Below, piece after piece: positions 38,872 through 46,941 of a stretch of DNA of 64,000 bases. The notes beneath the pieces are model-generated. The model had not been told where the DNA came from and searched no databases. It saw only the letters and a program-made list of their open reading frames with translations. Within the stretch, counting starts at the first letter, position 1; each line of letters starts with the position of its first letter. The stretch is from contig CAVYSY010000045.1 in NCBI GenBank assembly GCA_963771175.1, positions 1 through 64,000 on the forward strand. Reading direction: 5' to 3'. This DNA comes from an uncultured delta proteobacterium (lineage in GTDB: Bacteria > Myxococcota > Myxococcia > Myxococcales > Myxococcaceae). The position numbers and the translations under genes were made by a program.

Positions 38872-39410
38872 TGGGGGCGGGGCTCGGAGTAGGAGTAGAA
38901 GGGCACGCTCTTCAGGGGCTCGAGCGGGGAGCCGTACTGGTAGAGGGTGTAGTCGAGGGTGTCGGCGGTGAGCTCGAAGCCCACGAAGCGCGCTCCGGGC
39001 GCGGGCCGCAGCGGCAGGGCGAACTCATCGAAGTCCCGCCACGGCTCGCCGTTCACCCACTGGAGGATGAGCGGCGAGAAGCGCTCGCGCACTCCCGTGA
39101 GGTCGCCATCCGGCAGGTAGATGCGGTGCATCAGGTCCATGGCCAGCCAGTAGTCCATCGGGACGACGTTCCAGGGATCTCCGGTGACGCGGCGGCCCGT
39201 GTCCTCGATGAGGTGGACCTTCATCACCTCCTGCTGCAAGGGGGTGACGTGTTTGAAGAACGAGTGGTCGGCGAAGGGCCAGTTGGAGTGCTGCAGCACG
39301 GCGGTGTGGAAGAGCTGGATGCCCAGCAGCGCCGTGAGCACACCCGCCAGGAGGCGCTTGTGCGTGGGGGAGAGCCCGGCCCCTGAGTGGTTTCGAGGGG
39401 CGCCGCTCAT
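38868..39410 (-). CDS. Hypothetical membrane-anchored protein, probable partner of the HTTM protein
   Basis: One N-terminal TM, then NWPFADHSFF; 4-bp overlaps with both neighbours. Confidence 0.7.
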   Translation of the reverse strand: MSGAPRNHSGAGLSPTHKRLLAGVLTALLGIQLFHTAVLQHSNWPFADHSFFKHVTPLQQEVMKVHLIEDTGRRVTGDPWNVVPMDYWLAMDLMHRIYLPDGDLTGVRERFSPLILQWVNGEPWRDFDEFALPLRPAPGARFVGFELTADTLDYTLYQYGSPLEPLKSVPFYSYSEPRPQ

Positions 39411-42400
39411 GCCACGCTCTCCTGGCCGGGGGCCACCGGCGCCGCCGCGAGCCGCTTCTCCAGGCCCAGGATGGTGCGCTCGCGGAACAGGTCGCGCAGC
39501 GCGAGGTTCGCCTGGAAGGCCTCGTTGATGCGCGCCATCAGCCGGATGGCGTGGATGGAGTGCCCGCCCAGCTCGAAGAAGTCATCGGTGACGCCCACGG
39601 AGGGCAGCCCGAGCACGTCACACCAGAGCGCCGCCAGCCGCTCCTGGACGGGGCCCTGGGGAGGCACCGCGCGTTCCGGCTCGCGGGGGCCGAGCGGCAG
39701 CTCCGGCAGCGCACGCTCGTCCACCTTGCCGCTCGGCGTGAGGGGAAGGGCCGACAGGAACCGGAAGTGCTCCGGCACCATGTAGTCCGGCAGGCTGTCG
39801 CGCAGCTCCTGCCTCAGCGTGCGTGCCTCCACGGGGCGCCAGAGGTACTCCGCCGCGGGCGCGTGCGGGTGCTCCATCCAGACGCTCGGATCGTAGTACT
39901 CCCCCATGCCTGCCTCCAGGTCGATGTGCACTGGCCGCAGCGTGTCCCGGACGACGTAGTCGCCGCTGGCCGGGAACGTCCGCCCGGCCCAACGCTGCCA
40001 GTCCTCCACGCTCGCCTCTATCCGCTGCGAGCGGGGCTCCACGCGCAGCACGCGCGCGCCCATCCGTTCGTGGGTCCGCAGCCACCGGTCGTCCAGCTGG
40101 CCGTCCTCGCGCCGGCGCAGGCAGTACTCCTCGACGCTCTCCTCCGGGCGCGCGGTCTTGTCCACCGGCCGTACTGGTGCCACCAGGCGCTCCAGCCCCT
40201 GGGCATGGGCCAGGTGCTTCATCGCCTTCAAGAGGAAGGAGCTCAGGCCTTGGCCGTGGGCGTTCGTGCTCACCACCGCGGCGAGCAGCATCAGGGTGTC
40301 GGGGTGCTCGCCGCGCGAGGCACCCGCGAAGGCCCGCTCGATCGCGTCGTCCCACCCGCGCGGCAGCGTTTCCAGCGTGCCATTCCAGGAGAAGGGGAGG
40401 GCATTGCCGACGCCCACCAGGGTGTCCTTCTCGTCGAGCACGGCGAGCTGGTACTCGGGGAACTCGGCGCTCAGGCGCGGCCAGAAGGTGCGCATCGCGC
40501 AGTTGCCCAGGAAGTACTCGGGCCAGCTCTCCGCGTGCAGCGTGTCCGCGGCGCGCCGCAGCTCGGGGCGCTGGGACAGGGTGAAGAGCCGGTAGTGCCG
40601 GTCGTCGCCCAGCCGCACGAAGCGCTCGTGCAGCTCCAGGTACGCCACGAGCGTGTCGCCGCCGCCGGGGGCCTGCTGGTGGCGCACGAGGCACCTGTCT
40701 ACCGCCGGGTGCGCGGCCAGCCGGCCCTCCACTTCCTCCAGCTCCACGCGGTTGCCGCGGATCTTCACCTGCTTGTCCACGCGCGCCACGTAGTGGAGCT
40801 GTCCGTCCTCGGAGTAGCGCCCCAGGTCACCCGTGCGGTAGAGCCGCGCGCCCGGCACCGCCGAGTACGGGTCAGGGACGAACTGGAGCGCGGTGCGGAC
40901 CGGATCCTCGGCATAACCCCGCGCCAGACCCGGGGAGCTGATGAACAGCTCGCCCTTGACCCCGGGCGGCACCAGCCGGAGCGCCGTGTCGAGCACCAGC
41001 GCCCGGGTGTTGTCCAGGGGTCTGCCGATGGGCACCAGCTCCGTGGAGACGGGTGCGGCGCAGGGGAAGCGGGTGGCGTCCACCGTCACCTCGGTGGGGC
41101 CGTAATGGTTGGCCAACCGGCAGGGCAGGGCGGCCAGCGCGCGATCTCGTAGCTCCCGGGTGAGGTAGGCGCCGCCGCAGATGAGGAGCCGGAGGGAAGG
41201 TAGCGGGGGCAGCTCCCCGGCGAGCTGGGCCTGAATGAGCGCATCCAGCATGAGCGGCACCGTTTGGAAGGCCGTCACCTGATGGCGGGCGACCCGCGCC
41301 GCGATGCGGGCCGGATCCTTGTTCTCGCCCGGCTGAGGCAGGACGACGCGCGCCCCGAAGGCGAGCGGCCAGAAGAAGTCCAGCACGGAGGCATCGAAGT
41401 CCACGGGGGTGATGAAGAGCACCGTGTCCCCGGCCTTCAGGCCGTACTCGCGCTGGGTGGAGTCGATGAGGTTGTGCACGCCCAGGTGGGAGATCTCGAT
41501 TCCCTTGGGCGTGCCGGTGGTGCCGGAGGTGTAGAGGACGTAGGCGAGCTGCTCCGCCAGGACGCGCATCGGGGCGCCCGTGGGCAACGCGGAGACCTCG
41601 GCCCCGTGCTCCTCCATCCGGAAGACGCCCGGGCGATCCCTCAGGGCTGGCGCCTGGAGGGAGCCATGGGTGAGCACGGTGCGCACGCCCGCCTGCGTGA
41701 GCACGTGCTCGTGGCGCTCGGCGGGGTGGTCCGGGTTGAGGGGCACGTAGGCCGCGCCGGCCTTGAGGATGGCCAGCAGCGCGATCCCCAGATCCAGCGA
41801 GGGCTCGAGCAGCACCGCCACCCGCTCCTCGGGGCGCATCCCGCGGGCGAGCAGCCAGCGCGCCCACCGGTCCGAGGCCTCGTCCAGGGCCCGGTAGGTC
41901 AGGGTGCCGGAGTCGTGCTCGAGCGCCACCGCGTCCGGGGTGGCACGAGCCTGCGCGGACAGGCGCGCGGTGAGACCCTCCTGCTGCTCGAAGGCGTGGG
42001 TGGGGCCGGACAGCTCGCGCAGCCAGCGCGTCTCGGCCTCGGCGGTCAGCAGCCGGTAGTCCGCCAGGGGCTTGCCGGGGGCGCGTGCCGTCTCGGCGGC
42101 CAGGGAGAAGAACTGCTCCAGCATCCGCTCCACGCTCTCTCGCCGGAACAGGTCGCTGTTGTAGTTGAGGCTGACGATGGTGTCGTTGCCGAACTGCTCC
42201 ACGATGAAGGTCAGATCGAAGCGCGCGTTCTGGAACTCAGGCGTGGCCATGTTGGTGAGGTAGCGCAGCTCCAGCCCCTCGAAGCGCAGCTCCGAGGCCA
42301 GCTTCGTCTTGTTGTTCTGGACGCCGTACATCACCGAGAACAGCCGGTTGCGTGACAAGTCCATCTGGGGGTTGACCTCCTGGATGGAGAGCACGCTCGG

Positions 42401-45400
42401 GTACAGGTGATGATCGAAGCCCTGGAGCGCCGTCTCGCGGGTCTGCTCCAGGAGCTGCTGGAAGGTGAGCCCGGGGGAGATGCGGCAGCGCATGGGGAGC
42501 GCGGTGGCGAACAGGCCGAGCACGGGCTCCAGGGACTCGTCGGCGCGGTTGGCGATGGGGGTGCCGATGGCGAAGTCGGACTGGTTCGTCAGGCGGTGGA
42601 GCTGGAGGTTGAGCACCGCCAGCAGGTAGAGGAATGGGGTGAGGTTGTTGGCGGCCAGGAAGGGGTCCACCGCCGCGCGCACGTCCTCCGGCATCACCCG
42701 CGTCAGGGTGTCCCCGCGGAAGGTCTGAAGGGCGGGCCGGGGAAAGTCCGTGGGGAGGTCCAGCGCTGGGGGCACGGGGGTGAGCTGGCGCACCCAGTAC
42801 TGGCGCTGGTCCTCCAGCAGGCCGCCCTGGATGGCGGAGTTGAGCCAGCGCGTGTAGTCCAGGTAGTCGATGGGGAGCGCGGGCAGCACCGGCTCGCTGC
42901 CGGTGTGGTAGGCGCGGTACAGCGCGCTCAGCTCGCGCGCCATGCTCATCGTCGACGTCTCGTCCCAGAGGATGTGGTGGGTGGCGAAGACGAACTGGAA
43001 GCGCTTGCCCGGGAACTCCGCCAGCTTCACGCGGAACAGCGGCGGGCGCTTGAGGTCGAACGGGGCGTTGCTCTGCTCGTCCACCAGGCGTCGGATCTCC
43101 TCCTCCACCCGCTCGGGGGGCACGTCGCGGCGATCGATGTAGATGTCCTTCTGGGAGATCTCCAGCCGCGGCAGCACCCGGTGCACGGGGCGCCCGTCCT
43201 CGTAGGCGAACCAGGTCCGGAAGACCGTGTGCCGGTCGAAGAGCGTCTGCCAGGCGCGCGTGAAGGCCTCCAGGTCCACGTCTCCGACGAGCTGCACGTC
43301 GCCGACGGTGACGTTGTAGAGCGCGCTGCCGGGGTTCAGCTCATACATGTACCACTCGGGCAGCTGCAGGGCCGCGAGCGGGTAGGACTCCTGGGCGGGC
43401 AGCTTCACCAGCGGGTGGCGGTGGAGCAGCGGGGCAGCGCCCTCACCAGCGGTCGCGCCTTCGCCCCCGCGCGGCTTCTGTTCGAGGTACCGGGCCAGCT
43501 CCTCCACCGTCTGGTAGTCGAAGAACTCGCGGATGGACAGCTCGATGCCGAGGCTCTTGCGCAGCCGGGAGATGATCTGGATGGCGACGAGAGAGTGACC
43601 GCCCAGGTCGAAGAAGTTGTCGTGCACCCCCACCCGCGGCATGCCCAGCAGCTCCCGCCACTGGGTGGCCACCTCGGCCTCCAGGGGAGTGCGCGGCTCA
43701 TCCCCCTCGCCGGACTCCTGGGCCTGGAACTCCTCCGGGGAGGGCAGGGCCTTGCGATCCACCTTGCCGTTGTGGGTCAGCGGCAGGGTCTCCATCACCA
43801 CGAAGGCCGAGGGCACCATCGCCGCGGTGAGCTGCTCCTTGAGGAAGTCGGCCAGCGCCTTGGGCGTCGGCTTCGCGCCGGACTCCTTGGGCGCCACGTA
43901 CGCCACCAGCCGCTTGCCCTGGCCCCCGTCCTGCCGGGCCACCACCACGCACATCCCCACCTCGGGGTGCCGCCGCAGCGCCGATTCGATCTCTCCCAGC
44001 TCGATGCGGATGCCGCGGATCTTCACCTGGTGATCGTTGCGGCCCAGGAACTCGATCGTCCCGTCCGCCAGGTAGCGCACGAGGTCTCCCGTGCGGTACA
44101 TGCGCTCGCCCGGGGTGGAGGAGAAGGGGTTGGGCACGTAGACGCCCGCCGTCTTGGCCGGGTCTCCCAGGTAGCCGCGGCCCACGCCCACGCCGCCGAC
44201 GCACAGCTCCCCGGGCACGCCCAGCGGCACCGGCCGCAGCCACTCGTCCAGCACGTAGATCTGGAGGTTGGGCAGCGTGCCGTTGATGGGCATCCACGGC
44301 TGTTGCTGGGACGGCGCCTGGAACATCTTGTAGTGCGTCACGTCGTCCGAGCACTCGGTGGGCCCGTAGGCGTTCACCATGGGGATGTGCGGGTAGAGCT
44401 GGAACCACCGCACGCACATCTCCGCCGGCAGCGCCTCACCATTGAGGAAGAACCAGCGCAGCGCCGACAGGTCGTACTGCCCCCGGCGCGTCTCCAGCTC
44501 CTCCAGGATGAGCTTCATGTGGGCCGGCACCGTCTCCAACACCGTGACGTGCTGGCGCGCCATCTCCTTCATCAGCCGTTCCGGCTCCCAGGCGCTCTCG
44601 TCCTGGAAGACGGCCGTGCACCCGCCGCACAGCAGCGCCGCCAGGAACTGCCACACCGACACATCGAAGCTCTGCACCGCCACCTGGGCCACCACATCCC
44701 GCGGGCTCAGCTGAAGGTCGAACACCTTGGCCAGCAGGTGGTTCTTCATCCCCCGGTGCTCGATCATGGCGCCCTTGGGCAGACCCGTGGAGCCCGAGGT
44801 GAAGAGCACGTACGCCAGGCTCTTGGGCTGCACGTGGTGCTCGGGGTTGTGCCGCGGGTGCTCCTCCTCCTGTACCTGCTCCAGCGTCAGCACCGGCCGC
44901 CCCGCCGCCACCTCCTGGGCCAGCGACGTGTGTTTCTGCTCGCTGAGCACCAGCATGCACCCGCTCTGCTCCACCAGTCCCGCCAGTCGCTGCGCCGGCA
45001 GTGCCGGATCCAACGGCAGGTAGACCGCGTCCGCCTTGAGCACTCCCAGCAGGCTCGCCAGGTAGCCCTCGCCCCGGTCCTGCACCACCCCCACCACCCG
45101 CTCCAGCCCCGCACCTCGCGCCCTCAGCGCGTGCGCCACCTGGTTGGCCCAGGCGTTGAGCTGCTGGTAGCTCAGCGCCCGCTCCTGGCACACCACCGCC
45201 ACCGCGTCCGGCGTGCGCTCCACCTGCTCCTCGAACAGCTCGCAGAACAGCGAGGGTCCCTCTGCTTCCGGGCGCCTCGTCCGGTTCCACTCCTCCACCA
45301 CCCGCCGCCGCTCCGCCTCGCCCACCACCGGCAGCTCCCACAGCCGAGCCTCGGGGCGCGCCACCGCTCCGGCCAGCAGCACCTGGTAGTGCTCCATCAT

Positions 45401-46759
45401 CCGCTCGATGGTGCTCGGGTCGAAAAGGTCCGTGTTGTACTCGGCGATGGCGGACAGCCCGTCTGGGGTCTCGCTCATCCCCACGACGAGGTCGAACTTC
45501 GCCGTGCCGGTCTCCAGATCCTCGGGGCTGAGCTTGAGCCCGGGGAGCTCCACCTTGGGGGCGGGTGCATTCTGAAGCTCGAAGAAGACCTGGAAGAGGG
45601 GCGTGCGCGTCAGGTCCCGCTCCGGCTGCACCGCCTCCACCACCCGGTCGAATGGCGCCTCCTGGTGCGTATACGCCTCCAGCGTCACCTTCCGCACCCG
45701 CTCCAGCAGCTCGCTGAAACGCGGGTTGCCACCCACCTGCGTGCGCAGCGCCAGCGTGTTGATGAAGAAGCCGATCAGCTCCTCGATCTCCGCCCGGCCG
45801 CGGTTGGCCACGGAAGTGCCCACGACGATGTCTTGCTGCCGGGTGTAGCGGGCCAGCAGCGCGTTGAAGCCAGTCAGCAGCGTCATGAACAGCGTGGCGC
45901 CCTGCTTGCGGCTCAGTGCCTTCAAGCCCTCCATCAGCTCACGGGAGAGGGAGAACCTGTACAGCGCTCCGCGGGCGCCCTGCATGGGCCCGCGCGGCCG
46001 GTCCGTCTTCAGGTCCAGTGGCTCCACGCCCACGAGCTGCTGCTTCCAGTACTCCAGGTGCTTGTCCAGCACCTCGCCCTGGAGCCACTGCCGCTGCCAC
46101 AGGGTGTAGTCCACGTACTGCACCTTCAGCGCACCCAGCGGCGACGGCTGCCCCGCGCTGAAGGCCGCGTACAGCGTCCCCAGCTCCTTGAAGAACACGC
46201 CCACCGACCACCCATCCGACACGATGTGGTGCATGGTGAACAGCAGCACGTGCTCGGTGGGCTCCAGCTTGAGCAGCTGGGCCCTCACCAGCGGCCCCTT
46301 GCTGAGATCAAACGGCCTGCGCGCCTCCTCGCCGCCCAGGCGCTGGACCTCCGTGGCCCGCGCCCCCGGCTCCAGTGCGCTGAGGTCCAGCACCGCCAGC
46401 GGCAGGAGCACCGGCTCGCCGATGCGCTGCACCGGCAGGCCCTCTTCCTGCTCGAACGTGGTGCGCAGCACCTCGTGTCGCGCGACGATCTCCCCCAAGC
46501 TGCGCTCCAGCGCGGCCACGTCCAGCCGTCCGCTGAGCCGCAGCGCTCCCGGCACGTTGTACAGTGCGCTGCCCGGCTCCAGCTGATCCAGCACCCATAG
46601 GCGCTGCTGACCGAACGAGAGGGGAAAGCTCTTCTTCCGCTTCTTCTTCTTGGGAGGCGGGACCGCGGCGGAACTCGCCTCGGGGGCGATGGGATCCGCT
46701 TCATCATGAGTGGGACTGCCGCGTCGCTGCGCCTCGCCTCCAGCCTTGGGCTGACTCAT
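39407..46759 (-). CDS. Two-module NRPS C-A(diamino acid-like)-PCP-C(atypical)-A[GNAT insertion]-PCP
   Basis: Intact ORF. C1 has [10 protein letters not shown]1 has FDVSVWQ and AYGPTECSDD, then PCP GGHS. C2 has HHILWDETS. A2 has FDASVLD and HYGPTEVTVD, with a ~260-aa insert between A8 and A9. Final PCP GGHSIH; no TE. Confidence 0.95.
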   Translation of the reverse strand: MSQPKAGGEAQRRGSPTHDEADPIAPEASSAAVPPPKKKKRKKSFPLSFGQQRLWVLDQLEPGSALYNVPGALRLSGRLDVAALERSLGEIVARHEVLRTTFEQEEGLPVQRIGEPVLLPLAVLDLSALEPGARATEVQRLGGEEARRPFDLSKGPLVRAQLLKLEPTEHVLLFTMHHIVSDGWSVGVFFKELGTLYAAFSAGQPSPLGALKVQYVDYTLWQRQWLQGEVLDKHLEYWKQQLVGVEPLDLKTDRPRGPMQGARGALYRFSLSRELMEGLKALSRKQGATLFMTLLTGFNALLARYTRQQDIVVGTSVANRGRAEIEELIGFFINTLALRTQVGGNPRFSELLERVRKVTLEAYTHQEAPFDRVVEAVQPERDLTRTPLFQVFFELQNAPAPKVELPGLKLSPEDLETGTAKFDLVVGMSETPDGLSAIAEYNTDLFDPSTIERMMEHYQVLLAGAVARPEARLWELPVVGEAERRRVVEEWNRTRRPEAEGPSLFCELFEEQVERTPDAVAVVCQERALSYQQLNAWANQVAHALRARGAGLERVVGVVQDRGEGYLASLLGVLKADAVYLPLDPALPAQRLAGLVEQSGCMLVLSEQKHTSLAQEVAAGRPVLTLEQVQEEEHPRHNPEHHVQPKSLAYVLFTSGSTGLPKGAMIEHRGMKNHLLAKVFDLQLSPRDVVAQVAVQSFDVSVWQFLAALLCGGCTAVFQDESAWEPERLMKEMARQHVTVLETVPAHMKLILEELETRRGQYDLSALRWFFLNGEALPAEMCVRWFQLYPHIPMVNAYGPTECSDDVTHYKMFQAPSQQQPWMPINGTLPNLQIYVLDEWLRPVPLGVPGELCVGGVGVGRGYLGDPAKTAGVYVPNPFSSTPGERMYRTGDLVRYLADGTIEFLGRNDHQVKIRGIRIELGEIESALRRHPEVGMCVVVARQDGGQGKRLVAYVAPKESGAKPTPKALADFLKEQLTAAMVPSAFVVMETLPLTHNGKVDRKALPSPEEFQAQESGEGDEPRTPLEAEVATQWRELLGMPRVGVHDNFFDLGGHSLVAIQIISRLRKSLGIELSIREFFDYQTVEELARYLEQKPRGGEGATAGEGAAPLLHRHPLVKLPAQESYPLAALQLPEWYMYELNPGSALYNVTVGDVQLVGDVDLEAFTRAWQTLFDRHTVFRTWFAYEDGRPVHRVLPRLEISQKDIYIDRRDVPPERVEEEIRRLVDEQSNAPFDLKRPPLFRVKLAEFPGKRFQFVFATHHILWDETSTMSMARELSALYRAYHTGSEPVLPALPIDYLDYTRWLNSAIQGGLLEDQRQYWVRQLTPVPPALDLPTDFPRPALQTFRGDTLTRVMPEDVRAAVDPFLAANNLTPFLYLLAVLNLQLHRLTNQSDFAIGTPIANRADESLEPVLGLFATALPMRCRISPGLTFQQLLEQTRETALQGFDHHLYPSVLSIQEVNPQMDLSRNRLFSVMYGVQNNKTKLASELRFEGLELRYLTNMATPEFQNARFDLTFIVEQFGNDTIVSLNYNSDLFRRESVERMLEQFFSLAAETARAPGKPLADYRLLTAEAETRWLRELSGPTHAFEQQEGLTARLSAQARATPDAVALEHDSGTLTYRALDEASDRWARWLLARGMRPEERVAVLLEPSLDLGIALLAILKAGAAYVPLNPDHPAERHEHVLTQAGVRTVLTHGSLQAPALRDRPGVFRMEEHGAEVSALPTGAPMRVLAEQLAYVLYTSGTTGTPKGIEISHLGVHNLIDSTQREYGLKAGDTVLFITPVDFDASVLDFFWPLAFGARVVLPQPGENKDPARIAARVARHQVTAFQTVPLMLDALIQAQLAGELPPLPSLRLLICGGAYLTRELRDRALAALPCRLANHYGPTEVTVDATRFPCAAPVSTELVPIGRPLDNTRALVLDTALRLVPPGVKGELFISSPGLARGYAEDPVRTALQFVPDPYSAVPGARLYRTGDLGRYSEDGQLHYVARVDKQVKIRGNRVELEEVEGRLAAHPAVDRCLVRHQQAPGGGDTLVAYLELHERFVRLGDDRHYRLFTLSQRPELRRAADTLHAESWPEYFLGNCAMRTFWPRLSAEFPEYQLAVLDEKDTLVGVGNALPFSWNGTLETLPRGWDDAIERAFAGASRGEHPDTLMLLAAVVSTNAHGQGLSSFLLKAMKHLAHAQGLERLVAPVRPVDKTARPEESVEEYCLRRREDGQLDDRWLRTHERMGARVLRVEPRSQRIEASVEDWQRWAGRTFPASGDYVVRDTLRPVHIDLEAGMGEYYDPSVWMEHPHAPAAEYLWRPVEARTLRQELRDSLPDYMVPEHFRFLSALPLTPSGKVDERALPELPLGPREPERAVPPQGPVQERLAALWCDVLGLPSVGVTDDFFELGGHSIHAIRLMARINEAFQANLALRDLFRERTILGLEKRLAAAPVAPGQESVA
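43743..46609 (-). repeat. ~2.87-kb C-A module duplication, inverted relative to 58763-61626
   Basis: Protein and DNA are near-identical from [21 protein letters not shown] to [10 protein letters not shown], with a few divergent patches. Confidence 0.92.
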
Positions 46760-46941
46760 TTCGGGGCGGCATACTCGGTGCTCATCCCAGGACAGGTCAA
46801 CGAACATTCACGAGGCTGGCCTGTTTCTCTAGAAATCTAGTATAGGCGGGGTTCGCAGGTATGCGCGTCCTACGCCCCTCGGAGTGGCCTAGGGGGGGAT
46901 TGCTGCTCACTTGGGTGTTCCTGCTCACCGCCATCGTCGAC
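46760..46941. promoter_or_regulatory. Divergent promoter region between the two NRPS operons
   Basis: Short intergenic region between head-to-head genes; AT-rich core tttctctagaaatctagtata (46824-46844) containing TTTCT-N2-AGAAA. Confidence 0.6.

Noticed and set aside
42407..46600. Long antisense ORFs (42407-46600 +, 46870-50079 -, 57509-61771 -, 31296-33482 -)
   Set aside because: These are shadow ORFs typical of high-GC coding DNA. They lie opposite clear genes and carry no motifs.
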